Shown piece after piece: positions 13,748 through 26,278 of a stretch of 64,000 bases of DNA (within the stretch, counting starts at the first letter, position 1; every line of letters begins with the position of its first letter). The notes under the pieces are model-generated. The model worked only from the letters and a program-made list of their open reading frames with translations. It made no database searches and was not told the origin of the DNA. Source of the stretch: Phoronis australis. Taxonomy: Eukaryota > Animalia > Phoronida. The stretch is from positions 118,251 to 182,250 of the forward strand of contig NMRA01000443.1 in assembly GCA_002633005.1 (NCBI GenBank). The letters run 5' to 3'. The position numbers were made by a program, and so were the translations under genes.

Positions 13748-15439
13748 CTAATTTTTCTTTGGCGTACTAACTGGTTTGTGCTTAGCTACGCCCCGCCTCC
13801 CTAGAACTTTCTGCAACTGTTTTTGTTTCGTATGAACGGGTGTACTCGGCCTAGAGATTCTACTTGCGCGTCCCTCATTATCGATAGTACCCTCTCTGAA
13901 TGTCACAGACTTCCGGCTAGGAGTTACACTGCGCAACTCCGTTCGAAATGTTGCAAATGAACTCGGTGAACCTCGTGAAAACTCGTCATCATCCGGGAGC
14001 CCAGTACCTTCTTCCGGTTCGTCTTCATCGTCGTCTATTTTGAAAGTAACACTTCTGCGACCGGACATCGCACTTACACTTCGTGGACCGGGAGTGCCAG
14101 GCCTGGATCGTGACGGTGTCGGAGTTCTACCACCTGGACCCGGCGTTCCCGGTCGAGGTGTAGCACTTCTGCGCTCCATAGTTGGCTCAGGAGTGTCTGT
14201 TCCGTCATCGAAGAACGTCACTGATTTGCGAGAAGGTGTAACACTCCTTCTCATAGCCGATGGCGGTTTTTCATGGCTAAAGAATATCGGACCCCTACTT
14301 TGGGGCCTACCTATGTCCAGATCACTGTTATTTATGGCATCATTGTTATTGTTCTCATCGCTGGCTTCGTTCTGTGTTTCTTTTTGGTCACTATTTTCAC
14401 CACCGATTCCACTGTCGTCTGATACGGCAGTTTCAAGCACGTTCCCTGGTGTCGCCGGACGAGCGCTTATTGGTCGCGATTTCCCCGGACGCGCGCTGCC
14501 AGGACGGGCACTTGTTGGTCGACCTCCGCTGACAGGCCGTGCAACTGCAGTAGTCGGACGCGATATTGTCACTCTCTTTCCAGTTGATGGTCGAGCAGGT
14601 TTCGTCAACGAATCCGCGTTTTTCACCTCTCCTTCTCCTGTTCCGTCGTTACTTAACTGAACACCCTGTTTGTCATCCCCTGAAGACAAGTCAGTTAGAG
14701 TAACATCCTCGCCAACTTGTATTGCTATCGATACAGTATTTGGTTTGTCCTTAGAAGTGTTCGTACCATTAGCACCACTGTACGGTGCCTTTCCTTCATT
14801 TGTTTTATTGTCTGCGAGAGTAATATCATCGCAGCTATCCTTATCATTGTCTTCTATAATTTCACACGCGACACAAGCTAGCACCAGCAGACGATACAAC
14901 TGCAGCAGAACCATAATGGCATTTTTCACAGCGAAGAAAGTGTTAGCGTAGGTGAATACTCGATAATGAGCAATTGAGACGATGCGTATGGCTAAGAATG
15001 GCAGGTCTTGCATGAATAACGACACAATAATGGCAAACTTCTCGTCGAAAATAAATCTACAACTGTCTGTCTTTAGCTTATCCTCTTGGTTATCCCAGTT
15101 ATTCGCTATTTCAACATCGACAACTTGTCGTCTGGTCGGACGTCTTCTCTTTCGCGGAGGTGTCAAGAGAAATGTGAACTGTAGTAGACTCCAGCAAAAC
15201 GCGGTCAAAACGATATAAACGAATGTCTGATCTTGTAAGATCTTTGGCTCTTTGAACAACTCGAACAATTCTAGAATATCAATGCCTGTGCAGAGGTAAA
15301 CCAATAGCAGCTGAGATAATTTTTCACGTGATATGCCTCCTTTTGGCAGTATCCATCGCCCGATGAGAAGCAAAAAAATCATAGACTGTTCCAAAGCTAA
15401 AGCCCATTCGGTAGTTCTCAGGGTTACTTCAAGGGAAAA
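13748..15439 (-). CDS. TMEM26: TMEM26-family protein, last coding exon (TM helices plus long disordered C-tail)
   Basis: Acceptor ttttttctag at 15440-15441. Encodes EWALALEQSMIFLLLIGRWILPKGGISREKLSQLLLVYLCTGIDILELF..WSLLQF..MQDLPFLAIR..FFAVKN, which are TMEM26 signature motifs. Confidence 0.9.
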   Translation of the reverse strand, partial: FSLEVTLRTTEWALALEQSMIFLLLIGRWILPKGGISREKLSQLLLVYLCTGIDILELFELFKEPKILQDQTFVYIVLTAFCWSLLQFTFLLTPPRKRRRPTRRQVVDVEIANNWDNQEDKLKTDSCRFIFDEKFAIIVSLFMQDLPFLAIRIVSIAHYRVFTYANTFFAVKNAIMVLLQLYRLLVLACVACEIIEDNDKDSCDDITLADNKTNEGKAPYSGANGTNTSKDKPNTVSIAIQVGEDVTLTDLSSGDDKQGVQLSNDGTGEGEVKNADSLTKPARPSTGKRVTISRPTTAVARPVSGGRPTSARPGSARPGKSRPISARPATPGNVLETAVSDDSGIGGENSDQKETQNEASDENNNNDAINNSDLDIGRPQSRGPIFFSHEKPPSAMRRSVTPSRKSVTFFDDGTDTPEPTMERRSATPRPGTPGPGGRTPTPSRSRPGTPGPRSVSAMSGRRSVTFKIDDDEDEPEEGTGLPDDDEFSRGSPSSFATFRTELRSVTPSRKSVTFREGTIDNEGRASRISRPSTPVHTKQKQLQKVLGRRGVAKHKPVSTPKKN

Positions 15440-16106
15440 CTAGAAAAAAACAGATAAGACATTCAGATCCATTTCGTTCATTAAAAGAGGAATCAAGATG
15501 AAACAGATATGTGAAATCTCAGCACATTGGTGGATTACTTGTTGAGTGGTTGACTGGGATTTTAATGTCGGAATGACGTTTGAGAGTAGAAACTCCGCGA
15601 AAAAGAGAAATTCATATCAATATTTTTAAAGCCAAAAGCGAATGTTGACAACTTCAAGAAGTTAGTAGTTTTCGAATTTGGTTTTGTTTTAAGGAGCATT
15701 CTCGGATAAATATAAATATATAAAATTTAGCAGTAGTGTAGATTCTAAATCTCTAGTTCTTGCATTTTGCCTCTGAGCCAAATCCCTCACAGTATGTATT
15801 ATGGCACATTAAACGTACCTAAATAGTTAAAAACCGGTATGATTTCAGCGAATATCTGCTGGATATCAGCGAGAATTGTCTACTTGTGATCAAAACCCAA
15901 AAACCGGGACGAATTTTGCAGTTTTATACCTTCCGTCAATACTAACGACTTCAGAGGTGTATCCCACTCAACAATAATCGCAAAACTGCATTTTTTCGGC
16001 CGTCACACCAAAACTGCCCCATTAACATTTGATTCTGCATATTTACCCCAATCCCTCCCGGAGATAGTGTTCATCACAGCAAAACAGAGGTTCTGAACCT
16101 GCCTCC

Positions 16107-16256
16107 CGTTCAGTAACGCTAGGACCTAGCATAAAAGCAAGACTTTGCGAGATTACGCGAGATATTGCCGTGTATTTTAAATAAGAGCACGTGACCTTGC
16201 CTAGCTTTTGGCTAGGTCCTAGCGTAGGTCCTAGCGTCTACTGAACGCACGCCTGC
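16107..16256. mobile_element. ~140-150 bp MITE family (CGTTCAGTAACGCTAGGACC TIR); other copies near 19990-20110, 20315-20427, 23667-23810, 44211-44356
   Basis: Inverted termini CGTTCAGTAACGCTAGGACC / GGTCCTAGCGTCTACTGAACG. The core AAAAGCAAGACTT..CGAGA..TTTTAAAT.AGA.CACG recurs five times in both orientations. Confidence 0.75.
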
Positions 16257-16287
16257 TTTGGCGTAAAACATAACCATACTCCCTTAC

Positions 16288-16423
16288 CCCTCCAAAATCA
16301 GCAGTCGAAGTTTGGTTGAATGAAGCTGCCTCATCTTTCCGAAGGGAGTCCAGGCGGTCTAGTTCTATGCACCAGACGGCAGGTAGCGCTCCAAGTAGAT
16401 AGAAGAAATAGCTGGGACAAAAT
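16288..16423 (-). CDS. TMEM26: TMEM26-family protein, internal coding exon
   Basis: ttcttcag acceptor and GTAAGG donor; 136 nt, phase 2 to 0. Encodes FCPSYFFYLLGALPAVWCIEL, matching the TMEM26 FCPS..YL..P..W.LEL motif. Confidence 0.88.
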
Positions 16424-17080
16424 CTGAAGAAATAAAAGATTAAAGCTTCACGTTTTGTCTATATTTTATTTTATTGCATTGGTGAAATACGCTAGAAACA
16501 AGGTAACCGGGAGTTCACGGCTTTGCCCCCCCCCCCTTGACACGCAAATCACTGTCTATATGCGTGCATGAAGTTCCACGCAACGCCATTGTTTAAGTTT
16601 GTGTTTCGGGATGGACCCTTTGTTTTGTTTTAAATACTGCGAGTTACCGTTCCTAATTACACTTCATAATATCATATATAAAAAAATAATTGCAGGCGGT
16701 CTGGTACAACGTGTGCGCATGCGCGGCCCGCGCACGTCTGGTACACGTTGTACCAGACGTGCGCGGGCCGCGCATGCGGGCCCATTGCAATGATCACCTG
16801 GAAATATTTTTGTGCTTGATTAATATATAGTTAAAATATCATGGACTGAACAGCGTTATTTCTTGTCTTGGTATGAAGAATTCCCGTCGCTTCATTTGTT
16901 CCAGTTTGAAGTTTGCGATTTGAGCTTGAATTAATCAGCGCTGCGGTAGTCATCAAACCTGCAATCGCCATCTGCGTCCTTGACCTTCACCCGCCCTTAT
17001 CATATCATCTTAATCACCACCATTATCATCGCCGTAATTATCATCTCCATCGCTGTCGTTGCTGCTTTCTCCTCTCTTAA

Positions 17081-19541
17081 AGGAGAATGCCACCCAAAAA
17101 AACCCTATTTTGTATCAATTTAGATCGAGTAGTTCCACTCGATAACAGCAAGTTCAGTTGTTTTACCCGACACCTGACGACAGACGGAGGTGTTGAAATT
17201 GAACAATGACGTAATCGGGTCGAACGCAGTCTGTTCAGCGGTTCACAACACGCTTACTAGTGTCAACTTATTGCTTGAATGCATGGTTTTACACCAATAA
17301 ATCATCAAATTTCGATGTAAAACCCTTACAAATACAACGAGTTCTTGAACAAACGTGTTGTTTTATTTCACTGTTACGGATTTATAGGTATTTGAACGTA
17401 CCGTAGCCTACAGAGTTCGGTCAAGGAGTGTAGACTCCTACTAGGTTCGGTAGGCCAATTTATCATGGTCGGTTGCGGGAGTTTGGGTCTGTTTGGTGAT
17501 CAATTCGAATCATTCTTCCGTGAAATACAGACATGAACGATATTTGTGTGTTGTACTTTTAGACTTGCGATTTTTTTCAGTTCTAAACACACAAAACGCT
17601 TGTTATCCCAGCCAGTGCCTCGATCGCCAGGAACCCGATCAGGTCCGTGACGGCCGCCGGGACAGGACATCACGAACATAAACCAGCTTAAGTTGGAAAC
17701 TAAACCTCCGGTCACTAAAAGACTATACTAGTGAGCCAAAGAAATAATGTGCACGTAATTATTTTGATGACTTAGCCACGAAACTGCAAATAATCTACTT
17801 ACTTATCAGGGGCCGCGAAGTCAAGTTGCCCTTTTACGAACCGTCAGGGCAAAAGTTGTACAGTAACAATCATGTAAATAATATATTTGTTTATCTAAAT
17901 AAAGATTCCCCTAACATGTGACCATACGATATAAATCTAGTTATAGTTTCACGACAGCTTTCTGTCAGCAAACACTCATGCGCTAACACGGCCTCGGTGC
18001 CCGGTCAATTACCTTTATTGCATCTGAACCCCGGTAACGCAGTGGTTTATTCATTGCTATCTTCTCAAAACATTTGACAGCACTCACGAATACATACTCC
18101 AAAGACATTATGAATTGTATCTAATGAGACAGACTTTTTTTCAGATTTATATAAGCATTGGTTAGGGTGAGAATAATTCATTTTGAAACAGAAAGTAAAA
18201 TAATAAACGTCAACATGGCAACTCGCAATCCCGACTTAAACGAGAGCTCATTCGACGAAGACTTCGCAGTTTCACAGGCTATCAGTTCGAACCTGAATAC
18301 AGCGATCAAGAAATACTAGAGGCGCCGTGAACATGCACAGGCTGCATAGTTCCAACAAGCGGGAACGATGCACCGCAACATAGCGGCATTCACTGTGCAA
18401 ACGAACCACTTACGTCGCTGCGTCGTTTCTCACCTTCCTCACAGGTTAACGCGACACCTCTCGGCAAGGTAATGTCGACCGTATACGAGGCGATGTGGAT
18501 ATAGACTGATTAAGACGGTAAAAAAGCAGTGGCGGATCTAGGCTATATCACAGGGGGGCAACATTTTGTCTGTAAACATTTGTTCAAAGCACGATTGTAG
18601 ATGCGCATAGCATCGAATGGGGAGAAGTCCCAGGAAAATTTTCTGTTTTTCCTCTAATATTCAAGCATTTTCCTTGATTCCCAAAGTATTATCCAAGAAA
18701 AAAAGACAAAAAAAAACAGAGAAAGAGTAAAAAAAAAATTGCGTAAAGGAAAAATTGCGAGCGCCACAGACTCGAACTTACGTCCTGGCAAATAGAGTGC
18801 GTGTGCTTTACCACTGCACCACCACGATTTAACTCTTAATTTAATACTAAGAGACCTACTTGTTTATGGTCCACAGCGTTTTCGCGCGAAACCTCCTTCT
18901 TTTTGTAATGTTTATTACATGTTTTATATTTTGTGCAATCAGTTCGTAACAAATTTATTGTATTTAAAATAGTCTTCAATTGCCCAAAAGACCAAATCCG
19001 TTTTTTGTGTTGGCAATAATGACGCGATGGCTTTGGAGAGAAAACTATGAGTTTATGAGTGATTCACTTAAGCTTCGATTAAAATTTACATCTTGCCAGC
19101 AGCTTCTGTTTTTTCATCATCACTCAGATTCCATTTTCTTTAAAAAATGAAGTAATTTTCTTCATTGCACAGTGGAGCAGACGACGGAAACGGAGTCATA
19201 GTGCCCAGAGAGATATCGCGGGAGATCCTATACTTAGCCATAGTTCCGTTACCGTTTGCGCCGTGTTCCGAATTTGACACTTGAAATTGGATCTGAGCCC
19301 ACCCCCCCCNNNNNNNNNNNNNNNNNNNNNNNNNNNNNNNNNNNNNCCCCCCCCCCCCAACACTAAAACTGCACACATTTAAATCTTGTTTCAGCCCTAT
19401 AATTTTAATTACCCGGGGTTAATTGATAAACTCAACATTTGCAACGCTCTTGTTGTCTTATTTTTTGCGGCAGCCAAGGGGGGCCCTGGGCCCCCCTGAA
19501 TCCGTCTATGGAAAGACTATTAAATCGGGTAGCATTCTCCT
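17081..19541 (-). mobile_element. Kolobok non-autonomous element (short-TIR family) with a nested insertion
   Basis: TTAA|AGGAGAATGCCACCC ... GGGTAGCATTCTCCT|TTAA. Colinear with 24370-25978 but most of the THAP coding region is deleted. Inserted in a (CAT)n-like tract of the TMEM26 intron. Confidence 0.85.
18527..19510. mobile_element. CAGTGGCGGATC-type MITE nested in Kolobok, carrying a tRNA-derived segment
   Basis: CAGTGGCGGATCT...GAATCCGTCTATG termini with AAAAG/GAAAG flanks, absent from the 24370 sister copy. Minus-strand A box TGGTGCAGTGG and B box GTTCGAGTC lie near 18760-18827. Confidence 0.65.
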
Positions 19542-20153
19542 TTAAATGTAGTCATCGTCATCGCCATCTTCATCAACGTCACCGTCACCATAGTCATTAT
19601 TAAAATTATCGCGATCTTCAGAAATAGCTATACATGTATATTGACGCATTGTGACAATTGTGACAATATATTGGTGGCCTTATTCGGCAGGTTGGCTCAT
19701 CGCCCTTGACAGATACTTGAAACTTTATACTTTTCTATAGTACACAATGACAGCCATGGACAAGACCTGAGAATTTCGTTGCTCTGACTTTGGCTGGACT
19801 GTGTAGAAATACATTCTCATACATGCAATCATGTGCGTTCGATTTGGATTTTACCTTATTAGCGCACTTGTGTACTGAAAGAAACACTGGAATGCGGGCA
19901 AGGGTAACCCAATCAAAATTCTGCGATAAAAAGCTAGATCCCAACATGTTTCATTGGCTTCAACAAGGAATTGTTACACAAACCAAGACCAGGGTAGGAC
20001 CTCGCTAAAATCTAGCCAAAATCGCGTGTTCTGATTTAAAATACATGACATTAGCTCACGTAATCACGCGAAGTCTTGCTTTTTAACAAAGAGGTCCTAG
20101 TGTTACTGAACACAGGGCAAAGAGTTCAGTTACGCTGGAACTTACGCTTGGAC

Positions 20154-20309
20154 CAGAAGCGGATTTAGAGGGCGGCCAAGGGGGCCATGGCCCCCTAAAA
20201 TATTTCCTGATTGCATTTGGCGGTTTGAGAATGAAAATTTCTGACGGGCAAAATCCTGGCTAATACTCTGCCCTTGCCCCCCTAACTCAAAATCCTGGAT
20301 CCGCCCCTG
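20154..20309. mobile_element. MITE, inverted copy of 1477-1633
   Basis: Reverse-complement match (AACTCAAAATCCTGGATCCGCCCCTG end). No clear 5-bp TSD here. Confidence 0.7.
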
Positions 20310-20693
20310 ACTGAGAACCTCGCTAAAAGTTAGCCAAAATCGCGTGTTCTCATTTAAAATATAAGGCAATTAGTATCTCACGTTATCTTGCGAAGTCTTG
20401 CTTTTTAGCGAGGTCCTAGCGTTACTGCCACTGCGTTCCGTAGATGTTACGTAAGAAATATCGCCATGTGTTGCACGTGAAGCACGTCATCTAACTTCCT
20501 TCGCGCGACTCTACCGTCTACGTGACTCGCCCCTGATTCAGTCGCAACAACGAGGGCATTTCAGATAGCAATTTCGGCAAATGGTCAATAGTTTGCATAT
20601 GAGTTGTAAAAAAAATATTCCTTAGAAAATGTCCATGTTATCGTATATAACCTGGACACCACATTAAACGAGGTCACTGGGCGAATAACTCAC

Positions 20694-20971
20694 CGCCTCC
20701 ATTCCTGCCCGTCACGTTTATGCAGAACCACCGCCAGTTCTCCTAACATGGCCACTAACGCCGTGGCCAGCCACCACATCCACACATTTTCTCCGTAAAG
20801 GTTCCAGCATCTCCATATGAGTAGCAGAAGATGCAACATGAAAACGAGGCGCGTGAGCACGCACCTCAGCCCAACCGAGGTCTTCCCCAGACATTGCGTC
20901 ATATTTCGGCGGGAAATTTCTTTACACGTCTTGTGAGTGTTGAAATTAAGTTCTTCAATGTCCTTGCACAT
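20694..20971 (-). CDS. TMEM26: TMEM26-family protein, first coding exon
   Basis: ATG at 20971 preceded by an in-frame TGA. Encodes LTRLVFMLHLLLLIWR..WWL..GEL..KRDGQEWR, then GTGAGT donor (phase 2) joining 16423. The spliced CDS is 278+136+1692 nt, about 701 aa. Probable UTR acceptor at 21222 and upstream donor at 22428. Confidence 0.85.
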
Positions 20972-23900
20972 TCAGACTTTGGCCACCATCACTCGTTGTC
21001 GTCATGTCCAGCAACTGTGGCATCGTTCATCTCTTTTATCTCGAAGACGGTGTTGAGGACACGGAAATTCCGTAGACAACATTGTTAGGTGCAATCACAT
21101 GATGCTGCTGTCGTTACACCCACTTGTAGACTTCAGTAAATTGTTGCCGACGTAATTATTCCACTGTAAGATATCTAGGAGGTCTAGTTATTAACCTCCT
21201 GGGGAACGTTCTCAGTTGGAATCTGAAAGAACCACAGGATTATAATGTTTGCCTAGGTTGACGAATGACGAAGTGAGAAGAACATCAAACCTACTGAATA
21301 TTGTTGATTACGTGCACTCGTGTCGTTATATTCACAGTAGAACTGACTCATTTTGGCTAGCAAGTGATTGGTTGCATTAACTAGTGTTAGGCATTGGCTT
21401 GGACAAAACACTCGTTCACCTGCAGCGTTTATGTAAAACTAGTGATCAGTGTACACTTGATGGGACAAGTCAATATCATTTAATAGACTTATGGTATTTT
21501 GTCAAAACACGTATGAGTGGCATTGGACCCAGCGGCATTGGTGCCAATTCTACGATGACATAACCACTTTACATATAGGTAGATCTATTGTACACAAAAT
21601 AAATCATTCGTACTCAGTGTGGAGTTGCAGGACATGCGATGTTGGGGTTAACGTGATCAAATATAATCCAATCAAATTAAAACGGTTACTACAGCATATA
21701 AATAACTCATCTGATTTCCCTAAGGCAAAATATTTCAGAATCCACGGAAGTCAATTATTGAAAAACAAAAAACAATTGTTATATATTAGAGATTCATTTT
21801 CTGAATTCTGACATTTTATTTACATTTATTTTTAGAGCCATGGTGTTAATTCTGCCATATTATCTACAAATACATTTTACAATTTGCTTTACGTTTTAAT
21901 GACCCAATAAATCCTGGAATTGTAACGTGTGTGTGTGTGTGTGTTAAAACATACCACTAAAACCTTTAAAACGAATTCATTACACTGATGCAGTCTGATG
22001 TTGAAATCGAGGTACCTGTTGAACATGGCATGCTCTCAAGAAAACGAGAGCCAATGCCTTTAGCCATAGGTATTAAAATACAAAATGGCGACACGTAATT
22101 GAATGCAGAAACACAATTTAGATGACGAATTCATGATGGTACATCAGCATTTTAGACACTTGAAACGAAAACATGTCGTGAACATCAGACAACTCACTAA
22201 GAGTCTCTTCTGGCTTTAAATTGTCCCCTGAGTCGCAAAAAAGCGAAAATATTCTCGGTTTTCGATGCATGGTATGCATGATAACAATCGTATTCAGTGC
22301 CACACTCGTGCACTTTTTGGTAATAGACAGTCTACGACGAAGTATTATTATGACTACAGTTGAAGTGAGTAGTCATAGTCTAATGTAAACCAAAGTAGTA
22401 GAAAATACTCTACAACTACTACCTTACCTCTTGCCTCGTCCGCCATTACACACAACTCAAACTCTTTATTACTTTCCGTGTAACGTCATAACTAATAATG
22501 CAAAAATAGAAGCTATTTAGTAAACACTCTACTCGTTGCCAGTGGCAACAGCGACTTTGAACGGATCGCGAATCAAAAATAGGAACATTGGTTGTCTTCG
22601 CGTCTTACGAAATAGCTTAAATCAAAGTCGCTCACTACTGAGTAAAGAAGGTTCAAGTTTCAAACTGCTAAAGTTTTGTCACTAATTCCCATTTTAAAGA
22701 GCAAAATTTCGAGACTATATTTTGTAGTATGTCACGTTATTCTCCTTGGGGGAATTAAGGTTTGACTAGCAAAATAAATTAGAACAAACCAACACAATGT
22801 CCATGAAAAGGCATATTCAGTCCAGTTGTTTATTCTCTTATTAAGAAATTCACTAGTGCTTGAAAGCAGTTGATACCGTTAAAGTACTACGTTCATCGTT
22901 AATCCAAAGGCCTGACTGTCAAAGTCCTGTTTTATAAACAGCAAAACAAGTGAATAAATAAAGGGCCATTTGTAGTGCTGTGTTAGGCTTTTAAAGAAAC
23001 CTTGCAGCCAGACTGTTAAGAAACATTGTCAACTAGGCTTTGTAACTTATAATCGTGAATGAATGAATAGGTTGTTTTGTGTTTCGTTTTGTATGGTATT
23101 TCAATGCCGGCAAATGTTTAGTTTCCAAGCGACAACAGGGGACGTGTGTGTAAGCTATATAGTATTTTGTAACACTGTCATTTTTGAAAACTTCAACATT
23201 TCGCGCTATTTCGAAGGACCAAAAACTGCCCTTTCAAACTAAAATAATTGACTCAAAAAGTTCCGCTCATGAGCTCCGTCTCGAACATTGGAAAATTGAA
23301 CACGTTTACTCGCACTAACCAATGACTTGAATTATTGCTGCTCTGAAACACGATGGCGTTGAAATACACAGGTGTCTCAATGTAGCAGTCTCACCAGCTA
23401 CGAGCACAGGATCAATGGGAGAAAGACTCAGCCGTGGTAATTGCGGTCGTACGTTAAAGATTTCGACACAGTTTTAATTTATCTTTCGTCTTTTTTGAAT
23501 TTTCGTGTTTTGTATTTTGGTCGTTGCCTAGTGCAAATTTCCAAATCAATTGGAAGTTGCCGAATTAGTATATTTTTCATTTACACCCACTTTGCTGTAT
23601 TATCTGGGCGTCTGTTCGTTTGGGTTTACGCATTCACAGATCTTTTAGAAAAACGCATTGGGTCAACCTGGCGTGCGTTCAGTAGGACCTACGCTATGAC
23701 CTAGGTAAAACCTAGTCAAAGTCACGTGTTCTCATTTAAAATGCACCGCAACATCTCACGAAATCTCGCGAAGTCTTGCTTCTTAGCGAGGTGTTAGCGT
23801 TACTGAACTAGCCGAGCATTACCTCAACATATAGGAACTGTTTATTCATGGCAACTCAGGAATCACTTCTCAACTGAGAAAGGAACAAGTTGACATCCAT

Positions 23901-24369
23901 TCTACAGGTGTAAATGGTCTAAATCAAAAGTCTGTGATTTGAAAATTTGGCATGCACAAAGGAAATCGATCATTCAAAAAACCATAACAGCGTTTTTGAG
24001 ATTTCATATCGAACATTTACATCGAATGAAATTTGGTTCTGTTATTGATATCGTCGTTTTATTATGGGCGTAGTTTCTTGCTAAATTTTACTAAAAGTTA
24101 TGGTCACGTGACCCAAATAAGAGCAAATTGGTCAAGTCAAACATCAAATTCTACAGGCTTTCTCACGTTCAGAAAGTATTATTTTACTGAGTTAAAATCT
24201 ATAGGTTTGTAGATATTTGGCCAAATGCACAGACTTGTAGACAATCTCAAATTAGGCCGTAGTTGCAGTCGCGTCCGCACCGGATGTACGTATACAGTGT
24301 TCACCTCGCTGGTTCCTTGCGTGCCGCTAGGTGGTAGCCAGCATGCTGGTTAGGCCATAGATATCTTAA

Positions 24370-25978
24370 AGGAGAATGCCACCCAAAAAACAACCTATTT
24401 TGTATCAAATTAGATCGAGTAGTTCTACTCGATAATGGCACGTTCAGTTGCGTTACTTGACGGCAGACGGAGGTGTTGAAATTATCCAATGACGTCATTG
24501 GTTTCACACACAGTCTGTTTAGCAGTTCACAACACGGGTTACTGGTGTCGGATTATCGCTTGAATCCATCGTCTAACACCAATAACTTCGATGTAAAACC
24601 TTTAAAAATACACCACCGAGCTCTTATAAAAACGTGTTGTTTTATTTCGATTTATTGGTATTTGGACACACCGTAGCCTACAAAGTTCGGGAGGCCAATT
24701 TACCAAGGTCTGTAGCAAGAGTTTGGGGTCTGTTCGGAGATAAATTCGAATCCGTGAAATACAGACAGGAGAACCTAGATCTATGCTGTTTAGACTTGAG
24801 ATTTTTTGAGTTCTAAATACACAAAACGCTTGTTATCCCGGCCTGTGGCTCGGAACCCGATCGCTTCCGTCGCGGCCGTCGGGACTGGCACGAACATGAA
24901 CCAGCTTGAGTTGGAAACTAAACCTCCAATCACGACAAGACTATAATAGTGAGCCAAAGAAATAATGTGCACGTAATTATTTATGTGAATTAGCCACGGA
25001 ACTGAAAATCTACTTACTTGTAGGGGGCCGCGAAGTCTGGTTCCCCTTCCACAGATCGTCAGGGCAAAGATTGTACAGTAAGAATGATTTGAATAATGTA
25101 TTTTTATTTCTAAATAAAGATTCCCCTAATATATAAAATCGAGTAATTGTTTCACAACAGCTCTCTGTCAACAAGCACTGAATTAGCATGCGCTCACACG
25201 GCCTCGGTGCCTGGTCAATTAGCTTTATTGCATCTAAAGCCGGTAACGCAGTCTTTTATTCATTGCTGGCTTCTCAACATTTGCACTCACGAATACTGTA
25301 AAGGCATTACAAATTGTATCTAAGGAGACAGACTTTGTTTCAGTTTTATATAAGCATTGGTTAGGATGAGAATAATTCATTTTGAAACAGAACGCAGAAT
25401 AATAAACGTTTACACGGCAACTCGCCCGGTGCCAATCCCGACTTAATCAAGAGCTCCTCCGACGAAGATTTCACGGGTCGGATCGTTAGGTTTCACAGGC
25501 TATCAGTTCGAACCGGAAACAGATCAAGAAATACTATGAGATGTGCCGTGAACGTGCACAAGCAACGGAACGTATGGATAGTTCTTTGGTAAGCCAGAAT
25601 TCCTCAGAGAAATCACTGTCGATGAAATGCCGGCCATAGACACGGAGATGTTTTACGGCCTCATACTTGCTATTAACAGCGTACCTTTCATTCTTCACTA
25701 CCGCGAGCCACTTCCTAAGCATTTCGGGCTCTCGAGGAAGTCGAAAAAACCATATACCCGCTTTCTTCGCAGCTTCATAGTTCGGACAAGCGGGAACGAT
25801 GCACCGCAATATAGCGGCATTCACTCTGCAGACGAACCACTGACGTCGCTGTGTCGTTTCTCACCTTACTCACAGGTTAACGCGACGTCTATCGGCAAGG
25901 TGAGGTCGACAGTATAAGAAGCGATGTGAATATAGACCGATTAAGACGGTAAAAAAGCTAATCGGGTGGCATTCTTCT
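24370..25978 (-). mobile_element. Kolobok non-autonomous element with THAP-domain ORF
   Basis: TTAA|AGGAGAATGCCACCC ... GGGTGGCATTCTTCT|TTAA. ORF 25824-25534 reads CIVPAC..FFRLP..W..RVYGRHF, a THAP C2CH with the third Cys changed to Tyr. Confidence 0.85.
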
Positions 25979-26278
25979 TTAAAAGGCTTCACGAAGGTTG
26001 CCGATCGTCGCGTGTAATCGATACAGATTGCATAATATATGTTACGACAGCACTGGTTATTTGTCGTTCAATTATTCATGCTGAGTGTAAATTGCCCGTA
26101 TTGTCTGCTCTTGGAGATAATAATGGCGCACTGCAAAACGTACTGTACCGCCGCTGAATATTCACTTGGTCTCAGCTGGCGAAATGACAAGCCGTTTTGC
26201 TTCATGTAATTTACCTCGAGTACAGCGCTCATCTGAAAACAGTTTGAGACAAACAACTAACAAGAGAGAAAGTAGAAA

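Noticed and set aside
14040-15218. + strand ORFs (206, 93 and 78 aa)
   Set aside because: These are antisense shadows of the GC-richer TMEM26 exon and have no independent motifs.
18758-18827. Functional tRNA gene (also near 34020 and 59440-59500)
   Set aside because: A and B boxes are present but there is no complete cloverleaf or poly-T terminator; better explained as SINE heads.
19310-19346. Poly-C tracts around N runs (also 31292-31406, 45855)
   Set aside because: These are sequencing dropouts at G/C homopolymers, so the sequence is unknown and no feature can be claimed.
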